The position numbers and the translations under genes are program-made. Source: an uncultured Candidatus Poseidoniales archaeon (GTDB lineage: Archaea; Thermoplasmatota; Poseidoniia; Poseidoniales; Poseidoniaceae). Taken from it: 64,000 nucleotides of DNA. Numbering within the stretch: the stretch's first letter is position 1; each line of letters begins with the position of its first letter. Positions 18,411-26,407 of this stretch are shown in pieces. The DNA is taken from NCBI GenBank assembly GCA_964613395.1, contig CAZTGO010000005.1, positions 336 through 64,335 on the forward strand. The letters run 5' to 3'. The notes beneath the pieces were generated by a model. That model was not told the DNA's origin. It saw only the letters and a program-made list of their open reading frames with translations, and searched no databases.

Positions 18411-20138
18411 ATGCCTATGTCTTGGATACCCGATGAGAAGACCAAAAATGAGTTGCGACATTATGCAATTCAAAATGCGATTGAGTATAACGGTAAAGCC
18501 CATGCTAAATCCGTTATTGGAAGGGTCTTGTCATCAAGAGCAGATTTGAGACCTCACGCAAGGGATATTCAAGAGATCATTCATGCAGAAGTGGAGGCTG
18601 CAAATGAGCATGCTGCTCAACACGGCCTTGAATCACTCATTGAAATCTTGGAGAAAGAAGCCCCACAGTTCTTGGAAACTCGAGAAAAGAAAGAAAAGAA
18701 GACCGGCTTAACAGAATTACAACATGCGGAAAAAGGCAAAGTTGTGCTCCGTTTTGCACCAAATCCAAATGGCCCATTATCCATCGGCCACTCAAGAGGT
18801 TTGGTCATCAATAGTCAATATCGAGACATGTATGATGGAGAACTCATTCTTCGATTTGACGACACTGATACAACGATCAAACCTGCATTGCTCGAGGCTT
18901 ACGAACAGATTGTTGATGAAGCAACGTGGTTGACCGGTAAAGAACCAGATCGCATCGTCATAGCAAGTGATCGAATTGAAACCTATTATCAATATGCAGA
19001 ACAAATGATTCGAGAAAATTTTGGGTATGTTTGCCAATGTTCTGGAGAGGAATTCAAAGTATTTCGAGTAAGCAAGAAAGAGTGTCCTTGTCGCTCAAAT
19101 ACTCCTTCTAAAAATCTTGAACTTTGGGCCATGATGTTGAATGGAGAATTCAAGCCAGGTGATGTTGTTGTGCGTGTAAAAACGGATATGCAACTAAAAA
19201 ATCCGGCACTTCGAGACTGGCCTGCATTACGACTCCAAGATACGACGACAAATCCTCATCCAAGACCGGAGATTGGTTCAAAGTACGTTGTATGGCCACT
19301 CTTAGATTTTCAAAGTGCTGTTGAGGACCATCTTCAAGGGGTTACTCACATTATTCGAGGAAAAGACCTCATGGATTCGACACGAAAACAGACATTACTT
19401 TACGAACATTTTGGTTGGACATATCCTGAAACCATGTATTGGGGAAGGGTAAAAATTCACGAATGGGGTGGATTTTCAACATCATCGATCCGAGAATCTA
19501 TCGAAAATGGAACCTATTCATCATGGGATGATGTGCGATTACCGACCTTATCAGGAATTAAAAATAGAGGAATTACTTCAGAAGCAATTCGTTCGTTTTG
19601 GCTTGAATTAGGGATTTCTCAAAAGGATATTTCGGTCCCCTTATCCACACTCTTTGCACACAACACCAAAGCCGTTGACTTCAATGCACCAAGGTTGGCA
19701 TTTATTCGGAATCCGATGAAATTTCAATTCGATTCAACATTCGAACCCCTTGTTCTACAAAACCATCCAAATAATGCCGATCTCGGATCCAAAACTTGGA
19801 CCTGCGACAGTAAAATAATTTATTTAGAATCAGACGATATTGAAAATACAAAGAAGTTGAGATTGAAAGAATGTGCTGATATCGAATTAGAGGACGACAA
19901 ACTTCGATTCCTCTCTATTGAGCGTGGTCAAGAAAAATTACCGATCGTTCACTGGCTCCCTTCGGATTTGAGTTTAGAAGGTGAATTACAATTCACAAAA
20001 GATGATGAAATTCTGACAATTCAAGGACGGGTTGAACAACATCAATTGCCTCCGGGAACTATAGTTCAATTGGAACGAATTGGCTACGCAAAGGTCGTGG
20101 ATGAAACAACCTTGTTTTTATCCTATGAAAATTCTTGA
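18411..20138 (+). CDS. gltX: Glutamate--tRNA ligase, archaeal/eukaryal-type class I
   Basis: HIGH-region RFAPNPNGPLSIGHSRG, LRFDDTD and VTHIIRGKDL. The 575-aa length is typical of archaeal GluRS. Confidence 0.9.
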   Translation: MPMSWIPDEKTKNELRHYAIQNAIEYNGKAHAKSVIGRVLSSRADLRPHARDIQEIIHAEVEAANEHAAQHGLESLIEILEKEAPQFLETREKKEKKTGLTELQHAEKGKVVLRFAPNPNGPLSIGHSRGLVINSQYRDMYDGELILRFDDTDTTIKPALLEAYEQIVDEATWLTGKEPDRIVIASDRIETYYQYAEQMIRENFGYVCQCSGEEFKVFRVSKKECPCRSNTPSKNLELWAMMLNGEFKPGDVVVRVKTDMQLKNPALRDWPALRLQDTTTNPHPRPEIGSKYVVWPLLDFQSAVEDHLQGVTHIIRGKDLMDSTRKQTLLYEHFGWTYPETMYWGRVKIHEWGGFSTSSIRESIENGTYSSWDDVRLPTLSGIKNRGITSEAIRSFWLELGISQKDISVPLSTLFAHNTKAVDFNAPRLAFIRNPMKFQFDSTFEPLVLQNHPNNADLGSKTWTCDSKIIYLESDDIENTKKLRLKECADIELEDDKLRFLSIERGQEKLPIVHWLPSDLSLEGELQFTKDDEILTIQGRVEQHQLPPGTIVQLERIGYAKVVDETTLFLSYENS

Positions 20139-20175
20139 AATGAAACCTCATTAACAACAGAGAGTTTCGCACATC

Positions 20176-20586
20176 ATGGCAAAGACCGTGGGTGACCTGA
20201 AACTTGATGATGAACATTCAACAATTGGATTGGATGATACCCTCCAAGAAGGAGCTAAACGACTGATTACGGTTCAAAATGGAATCCTTGTGGTTCTTGA
20301 TGATGACCAACAAGTGAAAGGCGTTCTAGGAACAAAGCAGTTTCTAAAGGCATTCGCCGATGGAAAAGATTCCAAAAATGAACTTTGCAAAGACCACATG
20401 GAAATGGACTTTCTATTGGTCCACATCTCTGAAAAACTGGATGCAGTCCTTGAAAAAATAAAAAATCGACAACCACAAGCCGTAGTAGCGGTTGATGATG
20501 ATGATACATTCGTTGGCTACTTCTCTCCAAATGATTACCAAGAAGCTCAAAATTTGGTATCAAATTTGAAAAATTTGAGATTATAA
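20176..20586 (+). CDS. CBS-domain pair protein
   Basis: 136 aa with two CBS-like units: ...GILVVLDDDQQVKGVLGTKQFLKAF... and ...QAVVAVDDDDTFVGYFSPNDYQEA. Confidence 0.65.
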   Translation: MAKTVGDLKLDDEHSTIGLDDTLQEGAKRLITVQNGILVVLDDDQQVKGVLGTKQFLKAFADGKDSKNELCKDHMEMDFLLVHISEKLDAVLEKIKNRQPQAVVAVDDDDTFVGYFSPNDYQEAQNLVSNLKNLRL

Positions 20587-22602
20587 TCATGCAACTAATT
20601 TGATTGTCTTTTGACAACCATCACAGGCAAATCGATGCGGTCGTTCATCAGTTGTGACGGCGTTGAGGGTTTGACATGCTGGGCAGGGTATCTTCGGATA
20701 GGCTGCGGCTGCTTGGATGAGCGATGCGTCTCTAGGGCTGAATATTGCAGTAATCCACCAAATCAAAACAATGAAAGCAACACTCACACCAATAAACAGC
20801 GGAGGATATGCAAAGATGTACACCAAAAGGGCAATCGGCATCAATGCCAATTCCATCATGAGAACACGCTTTTTCCGATAGGCAGAAATTTTCAATGCAA
20901 TGTAGAATGCACCGATGAACGAAACTAAAAGAGCAAGACCGAGGATAAAGGGTGAATACCCAATTGATGATGTTGGGATTGACGACAATGTGAAACTTTC
21001 GTCTTGTTCTATACCCTGACCTTTCAAGATAATCGTGTCATAGAACGGCGTACGAATTGTCTGTAATTCAAAGGCATCCGATTCAGATAGCTTTGTGCTT
21101 GTTAAACCAGTCATCATCGATGTTGTGATTTCAAGTTGTAGGTCAAATGTACTCCATATTTTTGCAGGTTGAACCACGACAAAGTCTCGGATGAAATCAA
21201 ATCGCTCTTGATCTTCGATGTGTTCAACGGTTGTGAAAATTAGCGTGATTGGATGAGGTTTTACCGCTGTTTCTCCATGGAGATCGACCGTTACATCAAT
21301 CGCATCGAAGTCATTGAAATCGCCGACGATTTCTTTCGAATCTAATCCCAAACCTTGTGTGATGTACAATGTTCCTAATTTGACAAGTTGGCGTTCGAAT
21401 TCTCCAATCTCTACAGGTTCGATAAATCTACTCACGCGGTCCTCTTCTGTGACACTACCTGCATTAAACGCCCGAAGTGCTGAGGAATGTGCTGGATTAT
21501 CGTCGCCGATATGATCAAGGCCCCAACGCATCCAAAATGCCATTTCATCTTGAATTGTGAGAACTGTTGATTTTTCCATGACAATGCCGTTGGAGTCCGA
21601 AGAAATATCTGCTTGAATATCAACAGTTAATCGACTTCCTACACCGTTTGTTCGCAGGGGCTCATCTGGAGGGTAATATGTACCCGTCCCACCACCTGTG
21701 TCGGTGGTGGTCACCTCAACCGATGTTGAGCCTTGCATGGCAGGACGTCCTTGTTGAAAGACCAGACGAACTTCGATATTAATGACCTCTGAACCACCCT
21801 TGGCATCGGTCCAAGTCCATGTGACTCGGATGAGGTCGCCACTTCCGGTTTCAATGGGGTCACCTGTGACCAAAACACCGTTGACATACAAATCAAGCGA
21901 TTCAGTTAGGGCAAGCGTCGACATGCCCCATGGTGATTCCAATGAAATAGGGATATAGACATCTTTACCCTCGATTTCAGGCTCAATGAGACGAATGTCG
22001 ACAAGCGGAATCGTCACTTCTAGTGACGAATCGAATTCTTCTGTACCCCATCGAAACTCTAGGGCGGAATCGCTTGTTGGAACTTGGAAGACGATTGCCT
22101 GTGCGGCAAGTTCAATCTCAATCGTGTTTGAAGCTGAAATGATAAAAGAATCGACTGGAATGTCAAAGGTGAGTACACCTTCACCTTGTGACAAGAACGA
22201 GTTGCCTGGCGAGGTCACGCCGCTGAAACTTTTCGAACCGATTCTAACAGTGGCAGTTGCATTAATTTGAGCACCTGCAGCCTCCGACAAATCATAGTGA
22301 ATGGAAAATGACCATGTTGAGTCGGGTACTGTCCCAGCCCAAACTGAACTTAATTCCCAAATACCTATGGACTCTTGAGATGCGATTGTCGAAGAGATTG
22401 GGATTGATTGCACGTCATCCCCTAACTCTTGGAGAAACGGTGTCATTTTTTTGTTGCTTTGGCTCCCTATAAGGTACAAATCGACTTCAGATGCATCACA
22501 ACAAATGAGAACATCTTCTCCACTTTGTGCAGCAACATTGTTTGGCAGGGGAACCAAGACAAGGAGGAATAATGCGAAGATAAAGAGAGCACTTTTCTTC
22601 AT
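20587..22602 (-). CDS. Secreted/membrane protein: large ectodomain, three C-terminal TM helices and a terminal cytoplasmic zinc ribbon
   Basis: Signal peptide MKKSALFIFALFLLVLVPLPNNVAAQ; ATG 22602, whereas the track start 22611 is TTG. TM segments are ILGLALLVSFIGAFYIAL, LALMPIALLVYIFAY and IGVSVAFIVLIWWITAIF. The protein ends ...IPCPACQTLNAVTTDERPHRFACDGCQKTIKLVA. Confidence 0.7.
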   Translation of the reverse strand: MKKSALFIFALFLLVLVPLPNNVAAQSGEDVLICCDASEVDLYLIGSQSNKKMTPFLQELGDDVQSIPISSTIASQESIGIWELSSVWAGTVPDSTWSFSIHYDLSEAAGAQINATATVRIGSKSFSGVTSPGNSFLSQGEGVLTFDIPVDSFIISASNTIEIELAAQAIVFQVPTSDSALEFRWGTEEFDSSLEVTIPLVDIRLIEPEIEGKDVYIPISLESPWGMSTLALTESLDLYVNGVLVTGDPIETGSGDLIRVTWTWTDAKGGSEVINIEVRLVFQQGRPAMQGSTSVEVTTTDTGGGTGTYYPPDEPLRTNGVGSRLTVDIQADISSDSNGIVMEKSTVLTIQDEMAFWMRWGLDHIGDDNPAHSSALRAFNAGSVTEEDRVSRFIEPVEIGEFERQLVKLGTLYITQGLGLDSKEIVGDFNDFDAIDVTVDLHGETAVKPHPITLIFTTVEHIEDQERFDFIRDFVVVQPAKIWSTFDLQLEITTSMMTGLTSTKLSESDAFELQTIRTPFYDTIILKGQGIEQDESFTLSSIPTSSIGYSPFILGLALLVSFIGAFYIALKISAYRKKRVLMMELALMPIALLVYIFAYPPLFIGVSVAFIVLIWWITAIFSPRDASLIQAAAAYPKIPCPACQTLNAVTTDERPHRFACDGCQKTIKLVA

Positions 22603-22669
22603 AATTCCCAAACCACCGATGAAACACTATCACTTAAGGGAAACTGTGCATTGTTTGAGTAAAATGCGA

Positions 22670-23020
22670 TTACAGTGCTTTTTCAAGCAATGCACCGAGT
22701 TCTTTTTCGAACAATGTGACGAGGGCATCACCAACTTCACCTTGAAGTTCGTCAGGCAGCATTCTGAGACCGAGACGAGTTGCTGCTCTCGTGGCTTTCA
22801 ATTCAGCATAAATGCTTCGAGCTTTGGAATGGAAATAATACGCCACAGCCTCTCTAATCTCCGCTTTCAATTCCGGATCGTCATCGATTTTTGACCGAAC
22901 GAGAGCTTTGAGTTCATCTTTAACTAAATCTCGAAATGCTTCGATAACAAGATCTTCAGTCGACAAAAGCTCCTTGAGTTGAGATTGAATACTTCCCGTG
23001 AGTAATCGTTCAATGGCCAT
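22670..23020 (-). CDS. Hypothetical small all-helical acidic protein
   Basis: 116-aa ORF with an ATG start, on the same strand and 37 nt downstream of the DHH-like gene. I recognise no motif. Confidence 0.5.
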   Translation of the reverse strand: MAIERLLTGSIQSQLKELLSTEDLVIEAFRDLVKDELKALVRSKIDDDPELKAEIREAVAYYFHSKARSIYAELKATRAATRLGLRMLPDELQGEVGDALVTLFEKELGALLEKAL

Positions 23021-23057
23021 GTTTGCCCGAGGCGATGGTATGTATCAAACTCACGCC

Positions 23058-23969
23058 TCAAACACTAGGGAGTTTTTGAGTGGTAAGCATGACATCTGTT
23101 GATTTGGAAGCGAACATTGCTGCAGATTTTTCATCATTTGGCCAGGCTTTTTTTAGCATGTAAATACTACTCGCAAAATCCATCTCCTCATCTCCGGAAA
23201 GGACTCTATTCCAAATGAGTTCTTCAAATCGTGCCGTTGAAATCTTTTGATTAGAAACACCTACAAGTGCTAATTCGGACAAGGATTGTGAACGTTGGTC
23301 AAAATCCATTTCTGACCAACGATTTGACAAACGAAGTAGCATACGAGGTGAAATTTCCGGAATCATGTCAATAACGGGTTTTGAAATCTCTGGAAGCGGA
23401 ACAACTCGAATTGTGCCTTCTTCTTGTAGGTGATTACGAATCATCGTATACATTGGGTCGATAGTTTGGTCCATGACACCACGACACCACAAACCCAACC
23501 CTGAATATTGCCTCATCGCCCGTGAAACTTTTCCTTGAGGGGCTAAGATTGATGCGATGATACTCGTCATAAAAACCACATCCAACGAGCCAGTATGTTG
23601 TCTTTCAGATTGTTTGAACTCTAGATTTACTTCAATAGGTTGTAATCGAATACTATGTTCATTCATTTCAACATCTGCGACGGGAATATGTTCAGATTCA
23701 ACATCAAGGAGGATGGTCAATCCTTGGAATTGATTGGAGGTCATGGTTTGTTGGTCTTTGGGGAGGTGAATTTTTGAAGGTGTAAATCGACGACTAAAAA
23801 TTTGCTTGGTATCTAGAAACGAAGACTCTAATTGAATTGTTGCAAGCATGCCTTCAATGGTCGATGGGACGATGATTCGTATATTTTCAGCATGTTGAAT
23901 GAATCGTGAGAGGTCGGTAAACCATGACTCCAAATCCTGAAGTGCTTGGAGTTGAAAGAAAGATTTCAT
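23058..23969 (-). CDS. DHH-fold RecJ/Cdc45 (GAN)-like protein with degenerate catalytic motifs
   Basis: NIRIIVPSTIEGMLATIQL occupies the place of DHH motif I ([VI]xIxxHxDxDGxxSxxIL), with DxD replaced by TIE. LTILLDVESE resembles motif II and GLWCRGVMDQ resembles motif IV. No DHH triplet is seen. The gene lies immediately downstream of rps15. Confidence 0.45.
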   Translation of the reverse strand: MKSFFQLQALQDLESWFTDLSRFIQHAENIRIIVPSTIEGMLATIQLESSFLDTKQIFSRRFTPSKIHLPKDQQTMTSNQFQGLTILLDVESEHIPVADVEMNEHSIRLQPIEVNLEFKQSERQHTGSLDVVFMTSIIASILAPQGKVSRAMRQYSGLGLWCRGVMDQTIDPMYTMIRNHLQEEGTIRVVPLPEISKPVIDMIPEISPRMLLRLSNRWSEMDFDQRSQSLSELALVGVSNQKISTARFEELIWNRVLSGDEEMDFASSIYMLKKAWPNDEKSAAMFASKSTDVMLTTQKLPSV

Positions 23970-24031
23970 GACACTCGTTAAAACCTAAAGACAACTCTAC
24001 ATGAAGTTGACTGTACAACAATAATGGGCCG

Positions 24032-24493
24032 TCACTCGACCATCAATCGTAGTTCGTCTCTCTTGTATCGCCATTCTTCAGGAAGTCGGCCTGATTTCTT
24101 GTAGTAATTTGCGAGACGGCGGATTTTACCTTCCGTGAGTTCAAGAGCACGCTTGTTGTGAAGGTCTTTGTGATTTCGTCCAGTTCCAAGATGGTTGATG
24201 ATGCGGACAGCTTGTCGCATGAGGTTCATCATATCCTCTGGATACGATCCTCGGATTCCGTTGTCTTTTAGAATTTGACCAATTCTTTTACCAGTGACGA
24301 GACGGACACTTGGGACAGCATGTTGGTCACGAAGAATTGTTCCAATCTCAGCCGTGGAATGACCTGCCTTTGCTAAGTCAAGGATGGTTGATTCAATTGA
24401 CGACTTGTCGGTATTGGACCATTTTGGTGCCTCTGAGACATTCGGTCGAGATGAACCACTTTTTCCTTTTCGAGAGGTATACATTCGTGCCAT
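24032..24493 (-). CDS. rps15: 30S ribosomal protein S15 (uS15; archaeal S15P/S13e)
   Basis: MARMYTSRKGKSGSSRP is the typical archaeal S15P N-terminus, and the C-terminal S15 helices are present (LMRQAVRINHL...KDLHNKRALELTEGKIRRLANYY). ATG 24493 gives 153 aa; the track start 24526 adds 11 non-conserved residues. Confidence 0.9.
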   Translation of the reverse strand: MARMYTSRKGKSGSSRPNVSEAPKWSNTDKSSIESTILDLAKAGHSTAEIGTILRDQHAVPSVRLVTGKRIGQILKDNGIRGSYPEDMMNLMRQAVRIINHLGTGRNHKDLHNKRALELTEGKIRRLANYYKKSGRLPEEWRYKRDELRLMVE

Positions 24494-24557
24494 AGTGAGT
24501 CCCCGAGTAATTCTCCGAAAAAACACCCCTTCTTAATCGCTTTGCTACTAAATAGAA

Positions 24558-26324
24558 TCATTTCTTCTGATGTAATTTAGCCAATGCACCTATTCCACTT
24601 TTCCATTCCCATCCAGGTGCGAGAATTCTTGCAAGGCCAATTGGCTTTCCGTTTTGACACACAAGCACATCATCATCTTTCCGAAGGTCGCCACCATATG
24701 CTTTGACCATATGAGGAAAAATATCACCTTTCAATTTTACACCTTCATTCAATTCAATCGACTGTAAGACTTCATGCTCAAATAGATGATCAATTGCGGC
24801 TTTTGAAAACGAAAATGCATTCCTATCGATAGACCAAACCGCAATTTGCTTGCCCTCATGTTCAATTCTCCATCTGGGTGGCTTTCCTCGAATATCGCAA
24901 CCATTCAGCCATGATGAAGTGTTTAGATTCTTTTCAGCAATGGATTCAAATCTCTGCATGTTTGAATTGCTTGACTTCATTCTTCGAATATCATATGTTT
25001 CAACTGCATTCTTGATCGACTCATCTAAATTCCTTAACGATTCAGATGATAAAGCACCCAGACCTTTTCTTGTCTCGACGACATTTTCATGTAATTCGGA
25101 AACATCGATTGTTGAATGATTGATAATTTGCTTAAATTGATGGCGTTCAAGGAACAATCTCAATGTTTCTTGGATTCGTGAAACTTCATCATCCGACCAA
25201 GACCCAGTCACAGGAATATCGTAATGAGATGCAGGCCAAACATCCTCAATATTTCGCGGGACGAGACCAAGGGGTGAAGTGACCATCAATTGCTCGATTC
25301 GATGGTTCCCAATGATATCAAGAAACTTCGAATGCGATTTTGATAGTCGATATGGTTTCCTGTCAGAACATGGCAGTAAAAGGAGAACATCTTGATGTGT
25401 ATCACGACTTCGATATTGATGTTGAATAAATGAAGTCCAATCTTGAATGAGCGGGTCAGAAAACGATTGAAACGAATAACACTGGAACGATTGCTGCGCA
25501 TCAACATTTCGTGTTAGAACACCTTTTTCGTTGGAAACGAGGGTTCTGTGATAACGTAGGTGCTCAACAAGTCGAGGGCTATTCAACGCCTGTTGCTCCG
25601 CATATTCGCGAAGTGTTCCATTCTCAAACGAAGAATGGATCAATTTCTTCGACTCTTCCCAATAACGCAGTTGTTCTTCAAATTGGTATTCCTCACCTGG
25701 TAGACATTGGCGTAGGCCATGTGATGTGATGTAAGCGCCCTCAATTTCTGCTTCTCTACACCTAGTAAGGTCGAAGAGGTCCACGCCCAGCCATGAGAGG
25801 ACTGCAACATTGTCTGGACCGCCAATCGCAGGAGTCCACAACAAAGCTCCGGGGAATGCTTTCTTGATCGAAAGGATTGCTTGAACCAACTTACTCCCTT
25901 GTTGCGCAAGTTGTAAAGCATCGGTAAGAACGATTATTTCAGGTTGAACCTCTAAATCCAACAATTGTGGGTCATGGTGCAATCGCTGCCACGATACTGG
26001 AAGGAGCGATGTGGAAGATGCCTTTTCACCGGCATCGGCGTTATCCAACGAAGGTGGCAAGACATGGCCAATATTTGCCTCAAATGTCGGGCCATTAACG
26101 TCAAAATTCGGTGGTTCAAGAGGGAGCAGGCTTCGGACTTGTACTTCTCTTGGCAGAGTGTTTGTGGTCGAGGAAGAAAAAGGAGCAATTGATGGTGACA
26201 AGTCTTCATGTTCGAATTGAACAAGGCAAGGCGTTGTAACAATCGGGTCTTTACGGTCACCAAGACCAATGCAGCGGGCATAGCGGTCTCGATGAATGAC
26301 GACCTTTCCAATCACGCCAGCCAT
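24558..26324 (-). CDS. arcS: Archaeosine synthase ArcS (TgtA2): TGT-like domain + C1/C2 + PUA
   Basis: The PC-x3-KPY-x2-S-x2-H motif is present as PCSDRKPYRLSKSH (nt 25332..25373). TGT-like segment LLWTPAIGGPDNVAVLSWLGVDLFD. C-terminal PUA-like segment GDIFPHMVKAYGGDLRKDDDVLVCQNGKPIGLARI. Confidence 0.8.
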   Translation of the reverse strand: MAGVIGKVVIHRDRYARCIGLGDRKDPIVTTPCLVQFEHEDLSPSIAPFSSSTTNTLPREVQVRSLLPLEPPNFDVNGPTFEANIGHVLPPSLDNADAGEKASSTSLLPVSWQRLHHDPQLLDLEVQPEIIVLTDALQLAQQGSKLVQAILSIKKAFPGALLWTPAIGGPDNVAVLSWLGVDLFDLTRCREAEIEGAYITSHGLRQCLPGEEYQFEEQLRYWEESKKLIHSSFENGTLREYAEQQALNSPRLVEHLRYHRTLVSNEKGVLTRNVDAQQSFQCYSFQSFSDPLIQDWTSFIQHQYRSRDTHQDVLLLLPCSDRKPYRLSKSHSKFLDIIGNHRIEQLMVTSPLGLVPRNIEDVWPASHYDIPVTGSWSDDEVSRIQETLRLFLERHQFKQIINHSTIDVSELHENVVETRKGLGALSSESLRNLDESIKNAVETYDIRRMKSSNSNMQRFESIAEKNLNTSSWLNGCDIRGKPPRWRIEHEGKQIAVWSIDRNAFSFSKAAIDHLFEHEVLQSIELNEGVKLKGDIFPHMVKAYGGDLRKDDDVLVCQNGKPIGLARILAPGWEWKSGIGALAKLHQKK

Positions 26325-26407
26325 GGCATGTCGTCACAACTCGACTTCTTGAATAATTTGAAGAAAATGAGGGCAGATTTTGAAAACCTAGAACTCAAGG
26401 CAACAAC

